From: Convolutriloba macropyga
Taxonomy: Eukaryota
Direction: 5' to 3'
Length of the DNA: 64,000 nt
Assembly (NCBI RefSeq): GCF_964194025.1
Contig: NC_134475.1
Coordinates: 44,888,001-44,952,000, forward strand
In this document: positions 22,800 through 36,000 of the stretch, piece by piece
Layout: every line of letters begins with the position of its first letter
Position numbering within the stretch: the first letter of the stretch is position 1
Notes under the pieces: model-generated
The model's database searches: none
Told to the model about the DNA's origin: nothing
The model's input: only the letters and a program-made list of their open reading frames with translations
Program-made: the position numbers and the translations under genes

Positions 22800-25700
22800 G
22801 GGACCAAGTATGAGTGAATAAGTTTTTTTTACCCCCTATAACCATTTGAGAAACGCTAAGTATCGATTAGGTAGGCTGCAGGGGGCCAGGTATGAATGAA
22901 TAAGTTTTTTACCCCCCATACCCCTCTTGAGAAACGCTAAGTATCGATTAGGTAGGCTGCAGGGGACCAGATATGAATGAGAAAGTTTTTTTTTATACCC
23001 TATACCCATTTTGAGAAATGCTAAGTATCGAATAGGTAGGCTGCAGGGAGACCAGGTATGAACGAATAAGTTTTTTACCCTCTATATCTCTTTTGAGAAA
23101 CGCTAAGTACCGATTAGGTAGGCTGCAGGGGGACCAGATATGAATGAGTAAGTTTTTTACCCTCTATATTCCTTTTGAGAAAAGCTAAGTATCGAATAAG
23201 TAGGCTACAGGGAGACCAGGTATGAAAGAAAAAGTTTTTTGTACCCTCTCTATCCCTTTTGAGAAACGCTAAGTATCAATTAGGTAGGCTGCAGGGGGAC
23301 CAGGTTTGAATGAATAAGTTTTTCTGCGCCCTAAACCCCTTTGAGAAATGCTAAGTATCGAATAGGTAGGCTGCAGGGAGTCCAGGTATGAATGAAACAG
23401 TTTTTTTTACCATCTATGTCCCTTTTGAGAAACACTAAGTATCGATTATGTAGGCTGCAGGGGGACCAGGTACGAACGAATAATTTTTTTACCCTCTCTG
23501 CCCCTTTTGAGAAACGCTAAGTATCGATTAGGTAGGCTGCATGGGGAGCACGTATATATGAATAGGTTTTTTATCCACTATACTCCTTTTGAGAAACGCT
23601 AAGTATCGATTAGGTAGGCTACAGGGGACCAGATATGAATGAGAAAGTTTTTTTATCCCCTATACCCATTTTGAGAAATGCTAAGTATCGAATAGGTAGG
23701 CTGCAGGGAGACCAAGTATGAACGAATAAGTTTTTTTGCCCTCTGTATCCCTTTTGAGAAACGCTAAGTATGGATTAGATAGGCTGCAGGGAGACCAGGT
23801 ATGAATGAGTAAGTTTTTTTACCCTCTGTATCCCTTTTGAGGAACGCTAAGTATGGATTAGATAGGCTGCAGGGGGACCAGGTATGAATGAATAAGTGTT
23901 TTACCCTCTATATGCCTTTTGAGAAAAGCTAAGTATCGATTAAGTAGGCTACAAGGAGACCAGGTATGAATGAAAAAGTTATTTTACCCTCTCTATCTCT
24001 TTTGAGAAACGCTAAGTATCAATTAGGTAGGCTGCTGGGGGACCAGGTTTGAATGAATAAGTTTTTCTGCGCCCTACACCCCTTTGAGAAATGCTAAGTA
24101 TCGAATAGGAAGGCTGCAGGGAGACCAGGTATGAATGAAACAGTTTTACCATCTATTACCCTTTTGAGAAACACTAAGTATCGATTAGGTAGGCTGCAGG
24201 GGGACCAGGTACGAATGAATAAGTTTTTTACCCTCTCTACCCCTTTTGAGAAACGCTAAGTATCGATTAGGTAGGCTGCAGGGGGAGCACGTATATATGA
24301 AAATGTTTTTTATCCACTATACCCCTTTTGAGAAACACTAAGTATCAATTAGGTAGGCTGCAGGGAGACCAGGTATGAATGAATAAGTTTTTTTACCATC
24401 TCTACCCCTTTGGAGAAACGCTAAATATCGATTAGGTAGGCTGCAGGGGGTATGATTGAATAAGTTTTTTACCCTCTACACTACTTTTCAGAAATTCTAA
24501 GTATAGATTAGATAGGCTGCAGGGGGGCCAGGTATGAATGAATAGGTTTTTTTACCCCTATACCATTTTTGAGAAACGCTAAGTATCGATTAGGTAGGCT
24601 GCAGGGGACCAGATATGAATGAGAAAGTTTTTTTATCCCCTATACCCTTTTTGAGAAATGCTAAGTATCAAATAGGTAGGCTTCATGGAGACCAGCTATT
24701 AACGAATAAGTTTTTTTTACCCTCTGTATCCCTTTTGAGAAACGCTAAGTATGGATTAGATAGGCTACAGGGGGGCCAGGTATGAATGAGTAAGTTTTTT
24801 TACCCTCTGTATCCCTTTTGAGAAACGCTAAGTATGGATTAGATAGGCTGCAGGGGGACCAGGTATGAATGAGTAAGTTGTTTACTGCCTATACTTCTTT
24901 TTAGAAACGCTAAGTACCGAATAGGTAGGCTGCAGGGAGACCAAGTATGAATGAAACAGTTTTTTTACCATCTATATCCCTTTTGAGAAACACTAAGTAT
25001 CGATTAGCTAGGCTGCAGGGGGACCAGGTACGAATGAATAAGTTTTTTACCCTCTCTACCCTTTTTGAGAAACGCTAAGTATCGATTAGGTAGGCTGCAG
25101 GGGGAGCACGTATATATGAATATGTTTTTTACCCATTATACCCCTTTCGAGAAACACTAAGTATCAATTAAATAGGCTGCAGGGAGACCAGGTATGAATG
25201 AATAAGTTTTTTTTACCATCTCTACCACTTTTGAGAAACGCTAAGTATCGATTAGGTAGGCTGCAGGGGGACAAGGTATGAATGAATAAGTTTTTTACCC
25301 TCTCTGCCCCTTTTGAGAAACGCTAAGTATCGATTAGGTAGGCTGCAGGGAGACCAGGTATGAACGAAACAGTTTTTTTACCATCTATATCCCTTTTGAG
25401 AAACGATAAGTATGGATTAGATAGGCTGCAGGGGGACCAGGTATGAATGAGTAAGCTTTTTTACCCTCTGTATCCCTTTTGAGAAACGCTAAGTATGGAT
25501 TAGATAGGCTGCAGGGGGACCAGGTATGAATGAGTAAGTTTTTTACTCCCTATACCTCTTTTGAGAAACGCTAAGTACCGAATAGGTAGGCTGCAGGGCG
25601 ACCAGATATGAATGAATAAGTGTTTTACCCTCTATATGCCTTTTGAGAAAAGCTAAGTATCGATTAAGTAGGCTACAAGGAGACCAGGTATGAATGAAAA

Positions 25701-28700
25701 GTTTTTTTTACCCTCTCTATCCTTTTTGAGAAACGCTAAGTATCAATTAGGTAGGCTGCAGGGGGACCAGGTTTGAATGAAAACGTTTTTTTTTACCATC
25801 TATACCCCTTTTGGGAAACGCTAAGTATCGAATAGGTAGGCTGCAGGGAGACCAGGTATGAATGGAACAGTTTTTTTTACCATCTATAACCCTTTTGAGA
25901 AACACTAAGTATCGGTTAGGTAGGCTGCAGGAGGACCAGGTACGAATGAATAAGTTTTTTACCCTCTACACTAATTTTCAGAAATTCTAATTATAGATTA
26001 GATAGGCTGCAGGGGGGTCAGGTATGAATGAATAGGTTTTTCTTACATCTATACCCTTTTTGAGAAACGCTAAGTATCGATTAGGTAGGCTGCAGGGGAC
26101 AAGATATGAATGAGAAAATTTTTTCATCCCCTATACCCTTTTTGAGAAACGCTTAGTATCGATTAGGTAGGCTGCAGGGGGACCAGGTATGAATGAATAA
26201 ATTTTTTACCCTCTACACTACTTTTCAGAAATTCTAAGTATAGATTAGATAGGCTGCAGGGGGGCCAGGTATGAATGAATAGGTTTTTTTTTACCCCTAT
26301 ACCCTCTTTGAGAAACGCTAAGTATCGATTATGTAGGCTGCAGGGGACCAGATATGAATGAGAAAGTTTTTTTTATCCCCTATACCCATTTTGAGAAATG
26401 CTAAGTATCGAATAGGTAGGCTGCAGGGAGACCAGGTATGAATGAGTAAGTTTTTTTACCCTCTGTATCCCTTTTGAGAAACGCTAAGTATGGATTAGAT
26501 AGGCTGCAGGGGGACCAGGTATGAATGAGTAAGTTTTTTACTGCCTATGCTTCTTTTGAGAAACGCTAAGTACCGATTAGGTAGGCTGCAGGGCACCAGA
26601 TATGAATGAGAAAGTTTTTTTAATCCCCTATACCCATTTTGAGAAATAATAAGTATCGAATAGGTAGGCTGCAGGGAGACCAGGTATGAATGAGTAAGTT
26701 TTTTTTACCCTCTGTATCCCTTTTGAGAAACGCTAAGTATGGATTAGATAGGCTGCAGGGGGACCAGGTATGAATGAGTAAGTTTTTTTACCCTCTGTAT
26801 CCCTTTTGAGAAACGCTAAGTATGGATTAGATAGGCTGCAGGGGGACCAGCTATGAATGAGTAAGTTTTTTACTGCCTATACTTCTTTTGAGAAACGCTA
26901 AGTACCGATTAGGTAGGCTGCAGGGAGACCAAGTATGAATGAAACAGTTTTTTTACCATCTATATCCCTTTTGAGAAACACTAAGTATCGATTAGGTAGG
27001 CTGCAGGGGGAGCACGTATATATGAATATGTTTTTTACCCATTATACCCCTTTCGAGAAACGCTAAGTATCGATTAGGTAGGTTTCAGGGAGGCCAGGTA
27101 TGAATGAATAAGTTTTTTTACCATCTCTACCCCTTTTGAGAAACGCTAAGTATCGATTAGATAGGCTGCAGGGAGACCAGGTATGAACCAAACAATTTTT
27201 TTAACATCTATATCCCTTTTGAGAAACACTAAGTATCGATTAGGTAGGCTGCAGGGGGACCAGGTACGAATGAATACGTTTTTTACCCTCTCTGCCCCTT
27301 TTGAGAAACGCTAAGTATCGATTAGGTAGGCTGCAGGGAGACCAGGTATGAACGAAACAGTTTATTTTACCATCTATAACCCTTTTGAGAAACGCTAAGT
27401 ATCAATTAGGTAGGCTGCAGGGAGACCAGGTATGAAAGAATAACTTTTTTTTCACCCTCTATATCGCTTTTGAGAAACACTAAGTATCAATCAGGTAGGC
27501 TTCAGGAGGACCAGGTATGAACGAATAAGTTTTTTTACCCTCTATATTCCTTTTGAGAAACGCTAAGTTTGGATTAGGTAGGCTGCAGGGGGACCAGGTA
27601 TGAATTAGTAAGTTTTTTACTCCCTATACCCCTTTTGAGAAACGCTAAGTATCGATTAGGTAGGCTGTAGGGGGGCCAGATATGAATGAATAAGTTTTTC
27701 ACCCTCTAAATTCCTTTTGAGAAACGCTAAGTATCGATTAAGTAGGCTACAGGGAGACCAGTTATGAATGAATAAGTTTTTTTACCCTCTATACCATTTT
27801 TGAGAAACACTAATTATCGATTAGGTAGGCTGCATGGGGACCAGGTATGAATGAAAAGGTTTTTTTACCCTCTCTATCCCTTTTGAGAAACGCTAAGTAT
27901 CAATTAGGTAGGCTGCAGGGGGACCAGGTTTGGATAAATAAGTTTTTCTGCGCCCTACACCCCTTTGAGAAATGCTAAGTATCGGATAGGTAGGCTGCAG
28001 GGAGATCAGTTATAAATGAAACAGTTTTTTTACCATCTATATCCCTTTTGAGAAAGACTAAGTATCGATTAGGTAGGCTGCAGGGGGACCAGGTATGAAC
28101 GAATAAGTTTTTTCCCTCTCTATCCCTTTTGAGAAACGCTTAGTATCGATTAGGAAGGCTGCAGGGGGACCAGGTATGAATGAATAAGTTTTTTTACCCT
28201 CTCTACCCCTTTTGGGAAACGCTTAGTATCGATTAGGTAGGCTGCAGGGAGACCAGGTATGAATGAATAAGTTTTTTTACCCTCTCTACCCCTTTTGAGA
28301 AACGCTCAGTATCGATTAAGTAGGCTACAGGGAGACCAGTTATGAATGAATAAGTTTTTTTACCCTCTATACCATTTTTGAGAAACACTAATTATCGATT
28401 AGGTAGGCTGCATGGGGACCAGGTATGAATGAAAAGGTTTTTTTACCCTCTCTATCCCTTTTGAGAAACGCTAAGTATCAATTAGGTAGGCTGCAGGGGG
28501 ACCAGGTTTGGATAAATAAGTTTTTCTGCGCCCTACACCCCTTTGAGAAATGCTAAGTATCGGATAGGTAGGCTGCAGGGAGATCAGTTATAAATGAAAC
28601 AGTTTTTTTACCATCTATATCCCTTTTGAGAAAGACTAAGTATCGATTAGGTAGGCTGCAGGGGGACCAGGTATGAACGAATAAGTTTTTTCCCTCTCTA

Positions 28701-29903
28701 TCCCTTTTGAGAAACGCTTAGTATCGATTAGGAAGGCTGCAGGGGGACCAGGTATGAATGAATAAGTTTTTTTCCCTTTCTACCCCTTTTTAGAAACGCT
28801 AAGTATCGATTATGTAGGCTGCAGGGAGACCAGGTATGAATGAATAAGTTTTTTTACCCTCTCTACCCCTTTTGGGAAACGCTTAGTATCGATTAGGTAG
28901 GCTGCAGGGAGACCAGGTATGAATGAATAAGTTTTTTTTATCCTCTCTACCCTTTTTGAGAAACGCTTAGTATTAATTAGGTAGGCTGCAGGGAGACCAG
29001 GTATGAATGTTTAAGTTTTTTAACCCTCTCTACCCCTTTTTAGAAACGCTAAGTATCGATTAGGTAGGCTGCAGGGGGAGCACGTATAAATGAATATGTT
29101 TTTTACCCACTATACTGCTTTTGAGAAACGCTAAGTATCGATTAGGTAGGCTGAAGGGAGACCAGGTATGAATGAATAAGTTTTTTTTATCCTCTCTACC
29201 CCTTTTGAGAAACGCTTAGTATCGATTAGGTAGTCTGCAGGGAGACCAGGTATGAATGAATAAGTTTTTTAACCCTCTCTACCCCTTTTGAGAAACGCTC
29301 AGTATCGATTAGGTAGGCTGCAGGGGGACCAGATATGAATGAATAAGTTTTTTCCCTCTCTACCCCTTTTTAGAAACGCTAAGTATTGATTAAGTAGGCT
29401 GCAGGGAGACCAGTTATGAATGAATAAGATTTTTTACCCTCTCTACCCCTTTTGGGAAACGCTTAGTATCGATTAGGTAGGCTGCAGGGAGACCAGGTAT
29501 GAATGAAAGGGTTTTTTATCCTCTCTACCCCTTTTGAAAAACGCTTAGTATCAATTAGGTAGGCTGCAGGGAGACCAGGTATGAATGGATAAGTTTTTTT
29601 ACCCTCTCTACCCCTTTTTAGAAACGCTAAGTATCGATTAGGTAGGCTGCAGGGGGAGCACGTATAAATGAATATGTTTTTTACCCACTATACCTCTTTT
29701 GAGAAACGGTAATTATCGATTAGGTAGGCTGTAGGGGGACCAGGAATGAATGAATAAGTTCTTTTACCCCTACACCCCTTTTGAGAAATGCTAAGTATCG
29801 ACTAGGTAGGCTTCAGGGGGACCAGGTATGAACAAATAATTTTTCTACCCCAAATTTCCCTTTTGAGAAATTCTTAGTATCGATTGGGTAGGCTGCGGGG
29901 GAA
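22800..29903 (+). repeat. Satellite A array 2 (about 86 copies)
   Basis: Same consensus and largely the same order of unit variants as array 1. Confidence 0.97.
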
Positions 29904-30605
29904 TGGATGATTTAGTTTTAAAAAAGATAGTGTAAAACTCATTTCCTCATTGTCATGGAATAGAGACGCGAAAACAACAAGTTCATAGTTACCTCCGTAG
30001 ATCATCTGTGTTGATTGTAGCAATCTGTCATGATCTACACTACAACTGACCTAAGTGTCTAAGTGATCTCAGTGACTCTTTGGGAATGGTGATAAAATTT
30101 TGTGAACTGGTGCCGTCTATTTTTCACAATAGAATTTCTCTAAACCAGCTAGTTCTACTTCCTGATCAATGGGGTTGCGAAAGTCAAGAAGCCAAAGAGT
30201 TTACTGTCGTCAAGCGAGTACAGTTCCTGTTACTCTTTGGACTATTTATCTCAATACTTGTTTCTCCAGACAAGACTTACTAATAAATTCCCCAAAATAT
30301 AGTAATCATGAACAATTAATTGTAGAAATAAGAGCTTCATCTAATGAATTGGAAAGAATAATTCCTTCCGAGAAGATTGGGAAAAGATTTAGAAGTAAAG
30401 TTTGCCGTAAAAAAGATAGCAAGTTTTAACAGCACTAACCATAGCATCCTTTTCTTTCCCCCTTGCTCCCACCTTCTGCTCCCATACCCATCCTGCTCCC
30501 TACTTGCTTTCAGTTTTGCTCTCCGTTGAGCTCTACCCTCGCTCCCAGGTTTGATACTTCGCCCTGCTCCCACCTCAGTCTCCGGCATGCTCTCCTCTCC
30601 GCTTC

Positions 30606-32039
30606 GTAGCTTAAGACCCAAAACACAAGTTATTTTTCACCAATACTCTTTATATGTTCAAGGTAAAATTCGTTTAGGTAACCAGCAGTTAACTTAGGAT
30701 CCAGGGTACGAGTTATCTTTTATCAATACTCTTTATATGTTCAAGTTGAAAATCGCTTAGGTAACCAGCAGGTATCTAGGATCCAATACAAAAGGTGTTT
30801 TTCACCAAAACTATTCAAATGTACAAGTTGAAATTCGCTTGGGTAACCAGCAGGTAGATTAGAATCCAATACACAAGTTATTTTCCACCAACCCTTTTTA
30901 TATATACAAGTTAAAACTCGCTTAGGTAACCAGCCGGTAGCTTAGAATCGTATACACAAGGTATTTGTCACCAATACTCTTCATCTGTACAATTAAAAAA
31001 TCGCTTAGGTTACCAGCACGTAGATTAGGATTCAATACACAACTTATTTTCCACCAACCCTCTTTAGATGTATAAGTTAAAACTCGCTTAGGTAACCAGC
31101 AGTTAGCTTAGAATCCAATTCACAAGGTAGTTTTCACCAAAACTCTTCATATGTACAAGTTAAAACTCGCTTGCGTAACCATCGGGTAGCTTGGGATCAA
31201 ATACACCACTTATTTTTCACCAATTCTCTTCATATGTACAAGTTAAAAATCGCCTAGGTAATCAGCAGGTAGATTAGGATCCAATACACAAGTTATTTTC
31301 CACCAACCCTCTTTTTATAAACAAGTTAAAACTCGCTTAGGTAACCAGCAGGTAGCTTAGGATCCAAAACACTAGGTACTTTTCACCAATTCTCTTCATA
31401 TGTACAAGTTAAAAATCGCCTAGGTAACCAGCAGGTAGATTAGGATCCAATACACTAGTTATTTTCCACCAACCCTCTGTTTATGTACAAGTTAAAACTC
31501 GCTTAGGTAACCACCAGTTTGCTTAGGATCCAATACACAAGATATTTTTTTTACCAATACTCTTCAAATGTTCAAGTTAAAAACTGCTTAGGTAAACAGC
31601 AGGTAGCTTAGGATCCAAAACACAAGGTACTTTTCACCAATGCTCTTCATATGTACAAGATAAAACTCGCTTAGGTAACCAGCAGGCAGCTTAGGATCCA
31701 AAACACAAGCTGTTTGTCACCAATACTCTTCAAATGTACAAGTTAAAACTCGCTTAAAAAACCAGCAGGTATTTCAGTATCCAATACACAAGTAATATTT
31801 TACCAATACTCTTCATATGTACAAGTTAAAACTCACTTGGGTAACCAGCAGGTAGCTTAGCATCCAAGACACAAGTTATCTTTTACCAATACATTTCACA
31901 TTTGCAAGTTAAAAATCGCTTAGGTAACCAGCAGGTAGATTAGGATCCAATACACAAGTTATTTTCCAACAACCCTCTTTATATTTACAAGTTAAAACCC
32001 GCTTAGGTAACCAGCAGGTAGCTTAGGATCCAATACACG
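30606..32039 (+). repeat. Satellite B array 3 (about 17 copies)
   Basis: B consensus; followed by a short A array (32040-32239) and block U' (32239-33020). Confidence 0.95.
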
Positions 32040-33019
32040 TTAAGTATCGATTAGGTAGGATGCAGGGAGACCAGGTATGAATGAATAGGTTCTTTTACCC
32101 CCTACACTCCATTTGAGAAATGCTATGTATCGATTAGGTAGGCTGCAGGGGGACCAAGTATGAACGAATAATTTCTTCACCCCTATTTCCATTTTGAGAA
32201 ATGCTAAGTATCGATTAGTTAGGCTGCAGGGGAATGGATGAATTAGTTTTACACCGTAAAGGGTTTGCGCAAAAAAGTGCACTTTGAGAATTAGGAGAAA
32301 AGCTTTTTTCCTCATTGTCATGGAATAGAGACGCAAAAACAACAAGTTCATAGCTACCTCCGTAGATCATCTGTGTTGATGGTAGCAATCTGTCATAATC
32401 TACCCTACAACTGATCTAAGTGTCTAATTGAGCTCAGTGACTGTTTGGGAATGGTGATGCGTGTTAAAATTTTGTAAACTGGTGTCGTCTATTTTTCGCA
32501 ATAGAGTTTCTCTAAACCAGCAAGGTCCACTTCCTGATCAATGGGGTTGCCAAAGTCAAGAAGGCAAAGAGTTTACTGGCGTTAAGAGAGTACAGTTCCT
32601 GTTACTCTTTGAACTGTTTATCTCAATACTTGTTTCTCCAGACAAGACTTTCTCATAAATTCCCCAAAATATAGTAATCATGAACAATTAATTGTACAAA
32701 TAAGAGCTTCATCTAATGAAGTGGAAAGAATAATTCCTTCCGTGAAGATTGAGAAAAGATTTAGAAGTAAAGTTTGCCGTAAAAAAGATAGAAAGTTTTA
32801 ACAGAATTAACCATAAAATCCTTTTCTGTCCCCCTTGCTCCCACCTTCTGCCCCATACCCATCCTGCTCCCTACTTGCTTTCAGTTTTAATCTCTGTTGA
32901 GCTCTACCCTCGCTCCCAGGTTCGATCCACCGCCCTGCTCCCAACTCGGTCTCCGGCATGCTCTCCACGGATTGTTCTCCGTTTCGCTCACACTTCTGCT
33001 TCCCACACTGCTCTAGGAC

Positions 33020-36000
33020 GTAGCTTATGACCCAATACACAAGATATTTTTCACCATTACTCTTTATGTGTTTAAGGTAAAACTCGCTTAGGTAACCATC
33101 AGTTAGCTTAGGATCCAAGGTACAAGTTATTTTTGATCAATACTCTTCATATGTACAAGTTAAAATTCGCTTAGGTAACCAGCAGGTATCTTAGGATCCA
33201 ATACAAAAGGTATTTTTCACCAATACTATTCATATGTACAAGTTAAAACTCGCTTGGGTAACCAGCCGGTAGCTTAGAATCCAATACACAAGGTATTTCT
33301 CACCAATACTCTTCATATGTACAATTTAAAAATCGCTTAGGTTACCAGCACGTAGATTAGGATCCAATACACAAGTTATTTTCCACCAACCCTCTTTATA
33401 TGCATAAGTTAAAATTCGCTTAGGTAACCAGCAGGTAGCTTAGAATCCAATCACAAGGTAAATTTCACCAAAACTCTTCATATGTACAAGTTAAAAAAAT
33501 TGCTTAGGTTACCAGCACGTAGATTAGGATCCAATGCACAAGTTATTTTCCACCAGCCCTCTTTATATGTATAACTTAAAATTCGCTTAGGTAACCAGCA
33601 GGTAGCTTAGAATCCAATTCACAAGGTAATTTTCACCAAAACTCTTCATATGTACAAGTTAAAATTCGCTTGCGTAACCATCGGGTAGCTTGGGATCGAA
33701 TACATCACTTATTTTTCACCAATTCTCTTCATATGTACAAGTTAAAAATCGCCTAGGTAATCAGCAGGTAGATTAGGATCCATTACACAAGTTATTTTCC
33801 ACCAACCCTCTATTTATAAACAAGTTAAAACTCGCTTAGGTAACCAGCAGGTAGCTTAGGGTCCAATACATAAGATATTTTTCTACCAACACTCTTCAAA
33901 TGTACAAGTTAAAAACTGCTTATGTAACCAGCAGGTAGCTTAAGATCCAAAACACAATGTACTTTTCACCAATGCTCTTCATATGTACAAGTTAAAACTC
34001 GCTTAGGTAACTATCAGGCAGCTTAGGATCCAATACACAAGCTGTTTTTCACCAAAACTCTTCATATGTACAAGTTAAAAAAATTGCTTAGGTTACCAGC
34101 ACGTAGATTAGGATCCAATGCACAAGTTATTTTCCACCAGCCCTCTTTATATGTATAACTTAAAATTCGCTTAGGTAACCAGCAGGTAGCTTAGAATCCA
34201 ATTCACAAGGTAATTTTCACCAAAACTCTTCATATGTACAAGTTAAAACTCGCTTGCGTAACCATCGGGTAGCTTGGGACCGAATACACCGCTTATTTTT
34301 CACCAATTCTCTTCATATGTACAAGTTAAAATTCGCCTAGGTAATCAGCAGGTAGATTAGGATCCATTACACAAGTTATTTTCCACCAACCCTCTATTTA
34401 TAAACAAGTTAAAACTCGCTTAGGTAACCAGCAGGTAGCTTAGGGTCCAATACATAAGATATTTTTCTACCAATACTCTTCAAATGTACAAGTTAAAAAC
34501 TGCTTAATTAACCAGCAGGTAGCTTAAGATCCAAAACACTATGTACTTTTCACCAATGCTCTTCATATGTACAAGTTAAAACGCGCTTAGGTAACCAGCC
34601 GAAAGCTTAGAATCCAATACACAAGGTATATCTCACCAACACTCTTGGTATGTACAAGTTAAAAATCGCTTAGGTTACCAGCCCGTAGATTAGGATCCAA
34701 TACACAAGTTGTTTTCACCAAAACTCTTCATATGTACAAGTTAAAACTCGCTTGAGTAACCAGCGGGTAGCTTGGGATCGAATACACAACTTATTTTTCA
34801 CCAATACTCTTCATATGTACAAGTTAAAAATCGCCTAGGTAATCAGCAGGTAGATTAGGATCCAATACACAAGTTATTTTCCACCAACCCTCTTTTTATA
34901 AACAAGTTAAAACTCGCTTAGGTAACCAGCAGGTAGCTTAGGATCCAAAACACTAGGTACTTTTCACCAATGCTCTTTATATGTACAAGTTAAAACTCGC
35001 TTAGGTAACCATCAGGCAGCTTAGGATCCAATAAACAAGCTGTTTTTCACCAATACTCTTCATATGTACAAGTTAAAAAATTGCTTAGGTTACCAGCACG
35101 TAGATTAGGATCCAATACACAAGTTATTTTCCACCAGCCCTCTTTATATGTATAACTTAAAATTCGCTTAGGTAACCAGCAGGTAGCTTAGAATCCAATT
35201 CACAAGGTAGTTTTCACCAAAACTCTTCATATGTACAAGTTAAAACTCGCTTGCGTAACCATCGGGTAGCTTGGGATCAAATACACCACTTATTTTTCAC
35301 CAATTCTCTTCATATGTACAAGTTAAAAATCGCCTAGGTAATCAGCAGGCAGATTAGGATCCAATACACAAGTTATTTTCCACCAACCCTCTATTTATAA
35401 ACAAGTTAAAACTCGCTTAGGTAACCAGCAGGTAGCTTAGGGTCCAATACAGAAGATATTTTTCTACCAATACTCTTCAAATGTACAAGTTAAAAACTGC
35501 TTAGATAACAAGCAGGTAGCTTAGGATCCAAAAGACTATGTACTTTTCACCAATGCTCTTCATATGTACATGTTGAAACTCGATTAGGTAACCAGCCGGT
35601 AGCTTAGAATCCAATACACAAGGTATTTCTCACAAATACTCTTGGTATGTACAAGTTAAAAATTGCTTAGGTTACCAGCTCGTAGATTAGGATCCAAAAC
35701 ACAAGTTATTTTTACCAAAACTCTTCATATGTACAAGTTAAAACTTGCTTGCGTAACCAGCGGGTAGCTTAGGATCGAATACACAACTTATTTTTCACTA
35801 ATACTCTTCATATGTACAAGTTGAAAATCGCTCAGGTAACCAGCAGGTAGCTTAGGTTCCAAGACACAAGATATTTTTCTAACAAAACTCTTCAAATGTA
35901 CAAATTAAAACTTGCTTAGGTAACCAGCAGGCAGCTTAGGATCCAGTACACAAGCTGTTTTTTACCAATTCTCTTCAAATATACAATTTTAAAACTCGCT

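Larger units (their letters stand above)
20858..33456 (+). repeat. Recent tandem duplicate of 9485-20857
   Basis: Unique parts are near-identical (paired ORFs 9659/21032, 17721/30080, 19862/32461); array lengths differ between copies. Confidence 0.93.
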
